Below, piece after piece: positions 10,720 to 20,458 of a stretch of 55,634 bases of DNA. This DNA comes from Phenylobacterium sp. (GTDB lineage: Bacteria; Pseudomonadota; Alphaproteobacteria; Caulobacterales; Caulobacteraceae): positions 1 through 55,634 of the forward strand of contig NZ_JAPSKZ010000001.1 of the NCBI RefSeq assembly GCF_031181185.1, written 5' to 3'. Made by a program: the position numbers and the translations under genes. The notes beneath the pieces are model-generated. The model saw only the letters and a list, made by a program, of their open reading frames with translations, was not told the DNA's origin and did no database searches. Within the stretch, counting starts at the first letter, position 1; every line of letters begins with the position of its first letter.

Positions 10720-11961
10720 ATGATCACGTTTCGCCTGAAGACCGGCCTGATGGCCGCGGCCTGCGCCCTGGCGCTGACGGCGGCGGGGTGCCGCGAGGAC
10801 GACGGCGCCCGGCGGATCGCCGTGCCCGACCCGACCCCGATCGGGCTGATGCCCGACCCGATGGCGCTGCCCTACGCCGAGCCCGCACCGGTGAACTGGA
10901 CGGGCGGGGACGTCGGCTATCGCTGGGCCGAGCGGGCGTACGGGCTGGAGCAGGCGTTCTATGACGCGCCGCCGGACTACGCTTTCGATTACGGCGGGGT
11001 GCAGCCGTGGGTCTGGGAGACCGCCGACGACTGGAGCATGTACGCCGAGCCGTGGGACGACGGATACCGCTATTACTACTACGAGCCCGGCGCGGCCTAT
11101 CCGTACTTCGTGCGCGATGGGGACTACGGCTACGGCTACGATCCCGCCGGCATGCTGGTGGCCTTGTTCGACGCCGACGGCGACTACCTGCCGGCCGAGC
11201 GGTTCTATGAGGCGGCGCCGCTGGCCGGGCGCTACTACCTGCACGGCCGCGACCTGCGGAACGCCGCGGTTCAGGCGCAGCGGATCCCGGTGACGCAGGA
11301 CGTCTGGGTGCAGCGTGCGCCGCGGGTGCGCGAGGCCTCGGAGCCGTGGCTGCGCGCGGCGAAGAGCGACCAGCAATGGCGCACCTGGCGTGATCGCCGC
11401 GGCGACCGCGAGCTGGAGCGCTTCGCCCGGGAGGCCAGGCGACGCGACCGGCAGACGATCTCCGCCCACCAGGTCGCCAGCCTGGAGCCGCAGCGGATCC
11501 CCGCCGACCGGCGGTGGGAGGCCCCTCGCGACGTGCCGGTGCGGCGCGACCTGGCCCGCGCCGAGCGCGAGGCGCTTCGGGCCCAACGCGAACAGGCGCG
11601 CGAGATGCGTCAAGCCAACGCCGGGCGCGTCCAGGCCGAGCAGCGGCGGGCCGAACGCCAGATGGCGCAGCGTGCTGAGGGCCAGCGGGCCCAGGCCGAA
11701 CGTCGGGCGCAGCGGGAGCAGGCGCGCGCCGCCGAGTCCCACGCTCGTCACGCCGCCGCCCAGGCGCGGGCCCAGGAGGACCGCGGGCCGAGGCCCGAGC
11801 GTGGCGGCGGCGGGTGGAAGCCCGAGCGTGGCGGCGGTCCGCAGCATCAGGCCAAGCCGCAGCACCAGGACCACGGCGGCTCGAAGCCTGACCGCGGCGG
11901 CGGCGGCGGTCAGGGCGGCGGCAAGGGCGGCGAGGGCAAGGGCGGCGGCAAGAAGGACTAG
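10720..11961 (+). CDS. Hypothetical lipoprotein with Tyr/Trp-rich domain, charged helix and Gly/Lys tail
   Basis: Lipobox AAGC; AGGA RBS. Confidence 0.85.
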   Translation: MITFRLKTGLMAAACALALTAAGCREDDGARRIAVPDPTPIGLMPDPMALPYAEPAPVNWTGGDVGYRWAERAYGLEQAFYDAPPDYAFDYGGVQPWVWETADDWSMYAEPWDDGYRYYYYEPGAAYPYFVRDGDYGYGYDPAGMLVALFDADGDYLPAERFYEAAPLAGRYYLHGRDLRNAAVQAQRIPVTQDVWVQRAPRVREASEPWLRAAKSDQQWRTWRDRRGDRELERFAREARRRDRQTISAHQVASLEPQRIPADRRWEAPRDVPVRRDLARAEREALRAQREQAREMRQANAGRVQAEQRRAERQMAQRAEGQRAQAERRAQREQARAAESHARHAAAQARAQEDRGPRPERGGGGWKPERGGGPQHQAKPQHQDHGGSKPDRGGGGGQGGGKGGEGKGGGKKD

Positions 11962-11977
11962 CCGCCGCGGCGGGCTC

Positions 11978-12988
11978 CTACTCCGTTAGCCCGACTTCCT
12001 CGGGCTTGCGGCCTTCCGCTTCGGCCTTGCGGGCGCCGGCCAGGATGCCGGGGAGGGAATAGTTCCCCTCGTGGCAGGCGTACTCGTAGACCGGGCCCTT
12101 GGCGGCGTTGAGCGGCATCTCGGCCCGCCAGATCTTGGAATAGACCGTAGGGTCGTCGACGCTGAACTCGTAGAGGATCTGCGTCGGCGAGATGCGGGTG
12201 AAGCGCTCGGTCACCTTGGCGTTCGGCGACAGGAACAGGCTGGCCCCGAAGTAGGGGCGCAGCGACTCGCCCGGATTGAAGCGGCTGGTCTCGACGACCA
12301 GGGTCTCGCCCTCCCAGCGGCCGACGGAATGGCCCATCCAGGGCGTGCCGGGCGGCGCGCGGTGATCCTTCAGCGGGATGATGCGGGCGTCGTGGTTCAT
12401 CTCGACAACGATGACCACGTGCTCGGGCGTCTGCTGGATCTGGTAGTGGTTGTTGTAGAGGACGTTCAGCATCGGCGGGCCGGCGGTGGAGCCGAAGCCC
12501 AGGATGCAGCGCTCGCCCAGCGGGCGGGCCTCGGGACCATCGAAGGTGTTGCGGGCCTTCTGCAGGGTGGTCTCGTAGAGGCGCCTGCCTTCGGGCGTGT
12601 AGGGCAGGCGGCCGTCGGCCGGATCCACCAGCCAGGACGAGCGAGGCTCGCCGCGAATGCGGCCGATGGTGGTGCCGGGATCGACCCAGAAGCTGTTGTA
12701 GCCGCCGGGATCGCCGCCGGCGGCGGGCGCGCCGGCGTTCGGGTCGGAAGGCCGGTTCTGGGCTTCGCTTGCCTTGGCCCGCATCTGCTCGAGCGCGCGG
12801 GCCTGTTCCTCGGAGACCACCAGCGACTTGAACTGCGGCGGCCGCTCGAGGCTGGTCAGCGAGGCGTTGGTCCACACGCCCTGGATGTCGGGGGCGCCCC
12901 AGGCGGTGCGGGGCGCCTTGTAGGCCTGGGCCTGGACGGAGACGGCCGAGGCGAGCGCCAGGACGGCGGCGATCAGGGCGGTCCTCAT
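11978..12988 (-). CDS. Secreted hypothetical protein (G.PD.QG.W...YEYACHEGN type)
   Basis: Signal peptide; ATGA overlap with upstream hydrolase. Confidence 0.85.
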   Translation of the reverse strand: MRTALIAAVLALASAVSVQAQAYKAPRTAWGAPDIQGVWTNASLTSLERPPQFKSLVVSEEQARALEQMRAKASEAQNRPSDPNAGAPAAGGDPGGYNSFWVDPGTTIGRIRGEPRSSWLVDPADGRLPYTPEGRRLYETTLQKARNTFDGPEARPLGERCILGFGSTAGPPMLNVLYNNHYQIQQTPEHVVIVVEMNHDARIIPLKDHRAPPGTPWMGHSVGRWEGETLVVETSRFNPGESLRPYFGASLFLSPNAKVTERFTRISPTQILYEFSVDDPTVYSKIWRAEMPLNAAKGPVYEYACHEGNYSLPGILAGARKAEAEGRKPEEVGLTE

Positions 12989-14226
12989 GCGCGGCGCTCC
13001 TGCAGGGCGGCGTAGACCAGGCGGGCGGACTCGCCACGGACGTCGGGCGTGCCGGCGCCGGGGACCGAGCCGCGCAGGTTCTGGATCATGCCGACGAAGA
13101 TCACGTCGTTGGTCGGGTCGATCCAGAACCAGGTGCCGAAGGCGCCGCCCCACCAGTAGGTGTCGAGACCCTGGGGCAGGCCGCTCTCGGCCGGGCGGCG
13201 ATGGACGGCGAAGTCCATGCCGAAGCCGACGCCCTTTTGCACGGGACCGTAGAGGTCGACGCCGACGCCGGACTGCAGCACGTCGGCGCGCATGAGTTTG
13301 ACGGTCTCGGGCTTGAGGATGCGGGCGCCGTCCAGCTGGCCGCCGTTCAGCAGGGCCTGGCAGAAGCGGAAGTAGTCCTCGGCCGTGGAGAACAGGCCGC
13401 CGCCGCCGGCCAGGAAGCGCGGCTTCTCGGTGCGCACCGAGGGATCGCCCGTCGGGACGATCTTGCCGGCGGCGTCATAGGTGTGGACCTGAACGACGCG
13501 GCTCGCCTTGGCGGCGGGGACCCAGAACTGGGTGTCGACCATCTTCAGCGGGTCGAAAATGTGGCGCTGCATGTACTCGGCGAGGTCGAGGCCCGAGAGC
13601 TTCTGGACGACGTAGCCCTGGAGGTCGACGACGGGTCCGTAGGCCCAGTCGGTTCCCGGCTGGCTGGCCAGCGGCAGCCTGGCCAGCTTGTCGACCATGC
13701 CCTGGAGGTCGGTTTCGCGAAGGTTGTCCTTCTCGTAAACCGCGCTGACGCCGAAGCCGGCGGTATGGCTCATCAGCTGGGCCATGGTCATCGGCCGCAC
13801 CTGGTCGACGAGCGCGCCGTCGGCGGTCTTCACCTTGAGGCCGGCGAACTCCGGGATGTGCTTGGCGACGGGGTCGTCCAGCTTCCAGAGGCCCTTCTCG
13901 TAGAGCTGCATCATCGCCACGCCCGTGACCGGCTTGGTCATGGAGGCGATGCGGAAGATGGCGTCGCGGGTCATGGGATCGGCCGCCCCGGCGTTCTTCT
14001 TCCCGTAGGCGTCGAAGTTCACGACCTTGCCCTTGCGGGCCAGCAGGGTGACGACGCCGGCCAGCTTCTGCTGGTCGACCAGGCCGCGCATGTGGGCGTT
14101 CAGCGCGGCCACGCCCGCCGCCGAGAAGCCGGCCGATGGCGGCGGCTGGACGGTGATCTTGGCAAAGGCGGGTGACGCGGCGAACGCCGCGCCGGCAGCC
14201 AAGAGGCCGCGTCGGCTGAAGGTCAT
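12985..14226 (-). CDS. Serine hydrolase, beta-lactamase/family VIII esterase type, Tat-exported
   Basis: SRRGLL Tat motif, IASMTK (SxxK), LMSHTAG, WGGAFGT. Confidence 0.92.
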   Translation of the reverse strand: MTFSRRGLLAAGAAFAASPAFAKITVQPPPSAGFSAAGVAALNAHMRGLVDQQKLAGVVTLLARKGKVVNFDAYGKKNAGAADPMTRDAIFRIASMTKPVTGVAMMQLYEKGLWKLDDPVAKHIPEFAGLKVKTADGALVDQVRPMTMAQLMSHTAGFGVSAVYEKDNLRETDLQGMVDKLARLPLASQPGTDWAYGPVVDLQGYVVQKLSGLDLAEYMQRHIFDPLKMVDTQFWVPAAKASRVVQVHTYDAAGKIVPTGDPSVRTEKPRFLAGGGGLFSTAEDYFRFCQALLNGGQLDGARILKPETVKLMRADVLQSGVGVDLYGPVQKGVGFGMDFAVHRRPAESGLPQGLDTYWWGGAFGTWFWIDPTNDVIFVGMIQNLRGSVPGAGTPDVRGESARLVYAALQERRA

Positions 14227-14348
14227 GTGGTCCTCCCCAGAACCTGTTCTCGTTGGGCCGGAGGATTCCCGATCTTCGAACTTTCGGCCACTCATTTCGA
14301 TGCCGACATTCTTCGGCTACGGTCGAAGCGACACGTCAGGGGGATTCA

Positions 14349-15677
14349 TTGGCGAGAGCACCCGAAGCCGCGGCCGCGCCGCGCCGCACGCCGTGGTGGG
14401 CGCATCTCTATGTGCAGGTGTTGGCGGCCATCGTCCTGGGCGCGGTGATCGGGCACTTCTGGCCTGCGACCGGCGAGGCGCTGAAGCCGCTGGGCGACGC
14501 CTTCATCAAGCTGGTGAAGATGATCATCGCCCCGGTGATCTTCCTGACGGTGACGACCGGCATCGCCGGCATGCGCGACATCGGCAAGGTGGGGACGGTG
14601 GCGGCCAAGGCCTTTGCCTACTTCCTGGCGGTGTCGAGCTTCGCCCTGGTGGTGGGCCTGGTGGTGGCCAATGTGGTGCGGCCGGGCGCGGGCATGAACG
14701 TCGACCCCGCGACGCTCGACGTGAGCGCGGTCGAGGACTACGCGGCCAAGTCGCACGAGATGACCATCACCGGCTTCCTGTTGGACATCATCCCGCAGAC
14801 GGTGGCCGGCGCCTTCGTCAGCGGCAACATCCTGCAGGTGCTGTTCTTCGCGATCCCGTTCGGCGTGGCGCTGGCCATGGTGGGCGACCGCGGCGAGCCG
14901 CTGCTGCGGGTGCTGAACGCGACGGCCGAGGCGTTCTTCAAGCTGGTGGCGATCTTCATGCGCGCGGCGCCGATCGGGGCGCTGGGGGCGTTCGCCTTCA
15001 CCATCGGCAAGTACGGCATCGACTCGATCGTCAGCCTCGCGGCGCTGGTCGGCACGTTCTACGCCACCTCGCTGCTGTTCGTGCTGGTGGTGCTGGGGCT
15101 GATCGCGCGGCTGAACGGCTTCTCGGTGCTGAAGCTGATCCGCTACCTGAAGGAGGAGCTGCTGCTGGTGCTGGGGACCTCGTCCTCGGAGGCGGCGCTG
15201 CCCTCGCTGCTGGAGAAGATGGAGAAGGCCGGGGCGCCCAAGACGGTGGTCGGGCTGGTGGTTCCCACCGGCTACAGCTTCAACCTGGACGGCACGAACA
15301 TCTACATGACGCTGGCGGCGCTGTTCATCGCCCAGGCGGTGGGGATCGACCTTTCGCTGGGCGAACAGCTGCTGCTGCTGGCGGTGGCCATGCTGAGCTC
15401 GAAGGGCGCGGCGGGCGTGACCGGGGCGGGCTTCATCACCCTTGCGGCGACGCTGTCGGTCGTTCCCAGCGTGCCGGTGGCCGGCATGGCGCTGATCCTG
15501 GGCGTCGACCGGTTCATGAGCGAGTGCCGGGCGCTGACCAACTTCATCGGCAATGCGGTGGCGACCCTGGTGGTCAGCCGCTGGGAGGGCCAGCTGGACC
15601 GCGCGGCCCTGGACCGGGCGCTGGATGCGGGCCCGCGGCCGATCGCGGCCCGGCCGGTGGAGGCCGACGCGGACTAG
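14349..15677 (+). CDS. dctA: C4-dicarboxylate:H+ symporter
   Basis: [44 protein letters not shown]; TTG start inferred. Confidence 0.95.
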   Translation: MARAPEAAAAPRRTPWWAHLYVQVLAAIVLGAVIGHFWPATGEALKPLGDAFIKLVKMIIAPVIFLTVTTGIAGMRDIGKVGTVAAKAFAYFLAVSSFALVVGLVVANVVRPGAGMNVDPATLDVSAVEDYAAKSHEMTITGFLLDIIPQTVAGAFVSGNILQVLFFAIPFGVALAMVGDRGEPLLRVLNATAEAFFKLVAIFMRAAPIGALGAFAFTIGKYGIDSIVSLAALVGTFYATSLLFVLVVLGLIARLNGFSVLKLIRYLKEELLLVLGTSSSEAALPSLLEKMEKAGAPKTVVGLVVPTGYSFNLDGTNIYMTLAALFIAQAVGIDLSLGEQLLLLAVAMLSSKGAAGVTGAGFITLAATLSVVPSVPVAGMALILGVDRFMSECRALTNFIGNAVATLVVSRWEGQLDRAALDRALDAGPRPIAARPVEADAD

Positions 15678-15687
15678 CCCCGGCCGG

Positions 15688-15801
15688 TCAGCGAAGCACG
15701 AGCTTGATGACCAGGCCCACGGCCGTGACCGAAGCCACCCCGGCGGCCCAGAGCCCGACGAACCAGAGCAGCTGCCGGGCGAGCGAAGATCGCAAGCGCA
15801 T
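15688..15801 (-). CDS. DUF2474-like small membrane protein (37 aa)
   Basis: LLWFVGLWAAGV; overlaps cydB stop; usual position after cioAB-type genes. Confidence 0.8.
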   Translation of the reverse strand: MRLRSSLARQLLWFVGLWAAGVASVTAVGLVIKLVLR

Positions 15802-16808
15802 CAATGGTAGCCCTCGTGGCCGACCTTGCCCCTGAACACCCAGTAGGAATAGCCCGTGTAGCCGAGGATGATCGGGATCAGCACGACGGCGCCCACCAGC
15901 ATGAAGGACTGGCTGGCGGCCGGCGCGGCCGCGGCCCAGATCGTCACTTCCTGGGGCACGATGTACGGGAACATGCTGATCCCGAGGCCGGTGAAAGTCA
16001 GGGCGAAGAGGCCGAGCGTCAGGAGGAAGGGGGCCACCTGCCGGCGCTTGCGCAGGCTCAGGAAGAACAGCACCGAGCCCACCGCGACCAGCAGCGGCAC
16101 CTGGGCGGCGAAGAGCACGTTGGGCATCGAGAACCAGCGCTCCCAGTAGGCCACCTCGAGCAACGGCGTCGCGGCGCTGACGGCGGCGATGCACGCGATG
16201 GTCGAGGCGCCCAGCCAGGTGGCGAGCCGATAGGCCTTTTCCTGCATCTCGCCCTCGGTCTTCATGATGAGCCAGCCGGCCCCTAGCAGCGCGTAGCCCG
16301 ACACGACGCTCGCGCCCGTGAGCAGGCTGAAGGGGGAAAGCCAGTCCCACCAGCCGCCGGCGTAGGCCCGGCCCTCGACCGTCACGCCCTGCAGAAGACC
16401 GCCGAGCGCCACGCCCTGGGCGAACGCCGCCAGGACCGACCCGCCTGTGAAGGCGAGATCCCAGAACGGTCGATGGGCTGGATCGCGCCAGCGGAACTCG
16501 AACGCCACGCCGCGGAAGATGAGGGCCAGCAGCATGGCGACGAGCGGCGCATAGAGGGCGGGCAGGATGATCGAATAGGCCAGCGGGAAGGCCGCCATCA
16601 GTCCGCCGCCGCCGAGCACCAGCCAGGTCTCGTTGCCGTCCCACACCGGCGCGACCGAGTTCATGGCGCTGTCGCGATGGGGGCCCGGCTTGAAGGCCGG
16701 GAAGAGAATGCCGATGCCCAGGTCAAACCCATCCATCACGACATAGGCGAACACCGCGAAGGCGATGATGAAGGCCCAGGCCGTCGCCAGATCGAGGTCG
16801 ATGCTCAT
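15801..16808 (-). CDS. cydB: Cytochrome bd (CioB-type) ubiquinol oxidase subunit II
   Basis: YVVMDGFDLG, PVWDGNETW, FRGVAFEFR. Confidence 0.96.
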   Translation of the reverse strand: MSIDLDLATAWAFIIAFAVFAYVVMDGFDLGIGILFPAFKPGPHRDSAMNSVAPVWDGNETWLVLGGGGLMAAFPLAYSIILPALYAPLVAMLLALIFRGVAFEFRWRDPAHRPFWDLAFTGGSVLAAFAQGVALGGLLQGVTVEGRAYAGGWWDWLSPFSLLTGASVVSGYALLGAGWLIMKTEGEMQEKAYRLATWLGASTIACIAAVSAATPLLEVAYWERWFSMPNVLFAAQVPLLVAVGSVLFFLSLRKRRQVAPFLLTLGLFALTFTGLGISMFPYIVPQEVTIWAAAAPAASQSFMLVGAVVLIPIILGYTGYSYWVFRGKVGHEGYH

Positions 16809-18229
16809 CGATCGCCCTCCTCGAGGCCCGACATGGCGCGGCGCGGAGCGACCGCCGGCGCAGGCGTGATGCCGGCGGTGCGGATCGGCGCGCCAGGACC
16901 GGTGTCGAGGCCCGGCTCGCCGGGATGCGGGGCATGGCCCATGAGCTTCAGGATGTAGGCCGTGCCGGCGCCGAACACGACGAAGTAGACGCAGATGAAG
17001 GCCAGGAGGGAGGCGCCGACGGCTGGGGCGTCGAGCGGGGCCGCGGAGTGGGCGGTGCGCAACAGGCCATAGACCGTGAACGGCTGGCGGCCGACCTCCG
17101 TCGTGATCCAGCCGGCGATCACCGCCACGAAGCCGGCCGGTCCCATGGCGACGGCGAAGCGATGCAGCAGGGGCCAGTCGAAGAGCTTGCGGCGAACCCG
17201 GGCGAGGAGGCTGAAGGCGCCAAGCGCCAGCATCAGCAGGCCCAGACCCACCATCACGCGGAACGACCAGAAGACCACCGGCACGACCGGCCAGTTCTCG
17301 CGCGGGATGGTGTCGAGGCCGGCCAATGGGGCGTTCGGATCGTGCTTCAGGATCAGCGACGAAGCCTTGGGCACTGAGATCTCGGCGTGCACCTTGCCTT
17401 GGTCGGGGTCCGGTAGGCCGAAAAGAATCAGCGGCGCGCCGTCCGGGTGGCTTTGGAAGTGGCCCTCCATGGCCATGACCTTGGCCGGCTGGTGCTCGAG
17501 CGTGTTGAGGCCGTGCAGATCGCCCGCAAGGATCTGGAGGGGCGCGGTCACCGTGACCATGCCCATCGCCATGGAGAACATCACCCGGGCCCCGCGGTTC
17601 GACCGGTCGCGCAGGAGGTGCCAAGCCGCGACGCCGCCCACGACGAGGGCGGTGGTCAGGTAGGCCGCAAGCACGGTGTGGGTGAGCCGATAGGGGAACG
17701 ATGGGTTGAAGACGATCTGCAGCCAGTTCTGCGGCGTGAACTGCCCCGCCGCATTGACCGTGTGGCCGGCCGGCGTGTGCATCCAGCTGTTGGCCGAGAG
17801 GATCCAGAAGGCGGAGATGAAGGTGCCGACCGCGACCGCCACGGTGGCGGCGAAATGGAGCTTGGGACCGACGCGGTTCATGCCGAAGAGCATGACGCCC
17901 AGGAAGCCGGCCTCCAGGAAGAAGGCGGTCATCACCTCGTAGGCCATGAGCGGTCCGATGATCGGGCCGGCCTTGTCGGAGAAGACCGACCAGTTCGTGC
18001 CGAACTGGTAGGACATGACGATGCCCGACACGACGCCCATGGCGAACGCCAGGGCGAAGATCTTCAGCCAGTACTTGAAGAGGTTGAGGTAGACCTCGTC
18101 CTTCTTCCAGAGCCACAGACCGTTCAGGACGGCTAGGTAGCTGGCGAGCCCGATCGAGAAGGCCGGGAAGATGAAGTGGAACGAGACGGTGAAGGCGAAC
18201 TGAATCCGCGCAAGCAGGATGGCGTCCAT
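16805..18229 (-). CDS. cydA: Cytochrome bd (CioA-type, short Q-loop) ubiquinol oxidase subunit I
   Basis: ARIQFAFTVSFH, YQFGTNW, NSWMHTP, HQPAK, EVGRQP. Confidence 0.97.
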   Translation of the reverse strand: MDAILLARIQFAFTVSFHFIFPAFSIGLASYLAVLNGLWLWKKDEVYLNLFKYWLKIFALAFAMGVVSGIVMSYQFGTNWSVFSDKAGPIIGPLMAYEVMTAFFLEAGFLGVMLFGMNRVGPKLHFAATVAVAVGTFISAFWILSANSWMHTPAGHTVNAAGQFTPQNWLQIVFNPSFPYRLTHTVLAAYLTTALVVGGVAAWHLLRDRSNRGARVMFSMAMGMVTVTAPLQILAGDLHGLNTLEHQPAKVMAMEGHFQSHPDGAPLILFGLPDPDQGKVHAEISVPKASSLILKHDPNAPLAGLDTIPRENWPVVPVVFWSFRVMVGLGLLMLALGAFSLLARVRRKLFDWPLLHRFAVAMGPAGFVAVIAGWITTEVGRQPFTVYGLLRTAHSAAPLDAPAVGASLLAFICVYFVVFGAGTAYILKLMGHAPHPGEPGLDTGPGAPIRTAGITPAPAVAPRRAMSGLEEGDR

Positions 18230-18810
18230 CAGCTTCCCGCCTCGTCAGCCGTCCGCCGGTCCTTCGCGCCGAAGACGGGGATCTTGTTCTTGAAGTCGAG
18301 GATCTTCGACACGCCGGCGCCCAGCGCGAGCAAGCGCATGAGGCTCTCGTTGTCGAGCTTCTGAACGTCGTCGGCCCAGCCGGTCAGAAGCTCGATCAGG
18401 TCGTGCATCTCCCGCATCCGCGCCTGAGCGTGACGCTCCTCGGCGCTGCCGGCCGGCTCCATCAGGATGTCGCGCAGCAAGGTGAGGGTCGGGTCGATCT
18501 CACGCTTGCGGCGCTCCTCGGCGAGGGTCCGGACGATCTGCCAGATGTCGTCGGGCGCCTCGATGTACTCGCGCCGGTCCCCCGGCAGATGTCGCTTGCG
18601 GATGAGCCTCCAGGATTCCAGCTCCTTCAGACCCATGCTGACGTTCGAGCGGGAGATCCCCAGGGCGACGCTGATTTCCTCGGCGTTGAGCGGACGGTCC
18701 GAGACGAACAGGAGGGCGTAGATCTGCCCGACGGTGCGGTTCACGCCCCAGCGACCGCCCATCTCCCCGAAGTGGAGCACGAAGGCCTGAATGAGCGGCG
18801 GAAGTTCCAT
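18229..18810 (-). CDS. GbsR/MarR-family regulator heading the cyd operon
   Basis: HFGEMGGRWGVNRTVGQIY, SRSNVSMGLKEL; stop overlaps cydA start. Confidence 0.92.
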   Translation of the reverse strand: MELPPLIQAFVLHFGEMGGRWGVNRTVGQIYALLFVSDRPLNAEEISVALGISRSNVSMGLKELESWRLIRKRHLPGDRREYIEAPDDIWQIVRTLAEERRKREIDPTLTLLRDILMEPAGSAEERHAQARMREMHDLIELLTGWADDVQKLDNESLMRLLALGAGVSKILDFKNKIPVFGAKDRRTADEAGS

Positions 18811-18820
18811 ATGTTCGAAC

Positions 18821-18838
18821 TTTCAGAAATTTCTGAAA
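18821..18838. promoter_or_regulatory. Perfect 18-bp palindrome TTTCAGAAATTTCTGAAA, putative GbsR-family operator
   Basis: AT-rich palindrome 10 nt upstream of the regulator ATG; TTGACA on the minus strand at 18871-18866. Confidence 0.75.
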
Positions 18839-18949
18839 ATACGAGATGGGATGCCGCGCTCGTCCTGTCAACGGCGGGAGCGACGGCCACGATACGAGTT
18901 CTTGAACCGGCTCCTGCTGGACCGCCTGTAGGCTCAGCAGAAGCCGACG

Positions 18950-19372
18950 TCAGCTCGCGTGGGAGAAGCGTCGGGGGGCCGAGAGACCCGCCGCGCGCCG
19001 GACCGAGGCCATCAGGCCCGAGACGAGGATCGGCTTGGAGACGAAGTCGTCGAAGCCAAGCGCGGTGTAGTCCTGCGGCCGGCGCGAGAGCACGTCGGCG
19101 GTGAGCGCGATAACCGGGGTGCCGCGCTCGGGGCCGGGCGAGGCGCGCAGGCGCTCGATCACCTCAAGGCCGCTCATCTCGGGCATGTGGATGTCGAGAA
19201 GCACGACGTCGAAGGCTTCGGTGGCCAGGCGCTCCAGCGCTTCGCGGCCCGACGAGGCCATGACCGCGGCGTGACCAAAGGCGGTGAGGATCTCCTGCAC
19301 GACGCGCAAGTTCATCGGGTCGTCGTCGACGTGCAGGACCTTCAAAGGACGGCCGGCGTTCGTGGCGCTCAC
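18950..19372 (-). CDS. Single-domain response regulator
   Basis: VDDD, LLDIHMP, ALTA, SKP; GTG start with GGAG RBS. Confidence 0.9.
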   Translation of the reverse strand: MSATNAGRPLKVLHVDDDPMNLRVVQEILTAFGHAAVMASSGREALERLATEAFDVVLLDIHMPEMSGLEVIERLRASPGPERGTPVIALTADVLSRRPQDYTALGFDDFVSKPILVSGLMASVRRAAGLSAPRRFSHAS

Positions 19373-19649
19373 GGCGGATACTCCATCGGGACCCCGCCCG
19401 ATTGAGGCCAAAAAGTGGCGTGGAGAAGCTAAGGTATGACTGACGGACGTGGCTAACCGCCGTTAAGTTCGCTGAACGGAAGCAACGGCAAGGGCGGGCG
19501 CCCGCTGTCGGCAGCGGCCCGACAGATTTCCCTGAGCCCACCTCAGCTGTCAGTCAGTCGAGAAGAGTTAAGCCGCGCCCGACGACTTGGCGGCGAACGC
19601 AGTTCCCGTATGGCGCGCGGCTGCGCCGCCGCCCGCAACCTCCGCGACC

Positions 19650-19665
19650 TCCCCCATCTGGGGGA
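19650..19665. promoter_or_regulatory. Palindrome TCCCCC-ATCT-GGGGGA (copy 1)
   Basis: About 135 nt upstream of the lpoB-like operon; recurs at 24535 and 26110. Confidence 0.65.
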
Positions 19666-19800
19666 TGTTGGGGCCCCTGCGATGTGGTCCCTTAAGGCCG
19701 AGCTTGTTCGGGGGGCGCCGTGGGGGCGGCGCTGGACGGGCTTCAGGGCGCCGGTTTCCGTCGGGGGCGGAGCCGGCGTCTGTCGAAGGGGGATCTCATC

Positions 19801-20448
19801 TTGCGCAGCAAGCACATCGTCACGGCCTTGATGGCCGCCGCCGTCGGCCTGTCCGCGGCCGGGGCCGCCGAGGCCCAGCGCCGGGAGAAGCGGGCGGGGC
19901 CGTCGGCCACGGTCTACCGCGACACCACCTCGCCCGACGGGGTGAAGGGCGTCGGCACCGAAAGCCAGGACATCGTCTCGATGGCCGATACCATGGTGCG
20001 CGACCTGCTGCAGGTGCCCGCGCTGATGAACCAGCCGACGCCGCCGCGGGTGATCGTCGACAGCAAGTACTTCCGCAACGAGAGCAGCGAGATCATCGAC
20101 AAGTCGCTGATCACCGACCGCATCCGCGTGGGCCTGAACCGCGCCGCCACCGGGCGGATGATGTTCATCGGCCGCGAATACGCCGAGATGGTCGAGCTGG
20201 AGCGCGACCTGAAGACCGAGGGCAAGGTGGACGTGGGCACCACGGGCCGCACGCGCGCCCAGGCCGGCGCCGACTACCGCCTGGTGGGCCGGATCGGGAC
20301 GCGCGACGCGGTGGACACCCGCACCGGCGTCACCAGCCGCTTCTCGCAATACACCTTCGAACTCGTGGACCTGGAGTACGGGGCGATCGTCTGGTCGAAC
20401 CTCTACGAGTTCAAGAAGGAGAACCGCGACGACGTCGTCTACCGGTAG
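19801..20448 (+). CDS. LpoB-family (PBP activator/CsgG-fold) periplasmic protein, no lipobox
   Basis: FRNESSEIID...GADYRLVGRI...FELVDLEYGAIVW; TTG start after AGGGGG. Confidence 0.8.
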   Translation: MRSKHIVTALMAAAVGLSAAGAAEAQRREKRAGPSATVYRDTTSPDGVKGVGTESQDIVSMADTMVRDLLQVPALMNQPTPPRVIVDSKYFRNESSEIIDKSLITDRIRVGLNRAATGRMMFIGREYAEMVELERDLKTEGKVDVGTTGRTRAQAGADYRLVGRIGTRDAVDTRTGVTSRFSQYTFELVDLEYGAIVWSNLYEFKKENRDDVVYR

Positions 20449-20458
20449 GCCAGGGACG

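Noticed and set aside
14856-14858. Pro in dctA FFAIPFG and Ser in the M28 GALDSA motif as pseudogenisation
   Set aside because: Single substitutions; cannot distinguish natural variation from sequencing error without alignments or reads
16809-18116. 771-aa cydB extension suggesting a fusion or frameshift
   Set aside because: Alternate frame of cydA; normal ATGA coupling at 16805-16808
19453-19466. CtrA box upstream of the response regulator
   Set aside because: CTAA-N6-TTAA has the wrong spacing for TTAA-N7-TTAA
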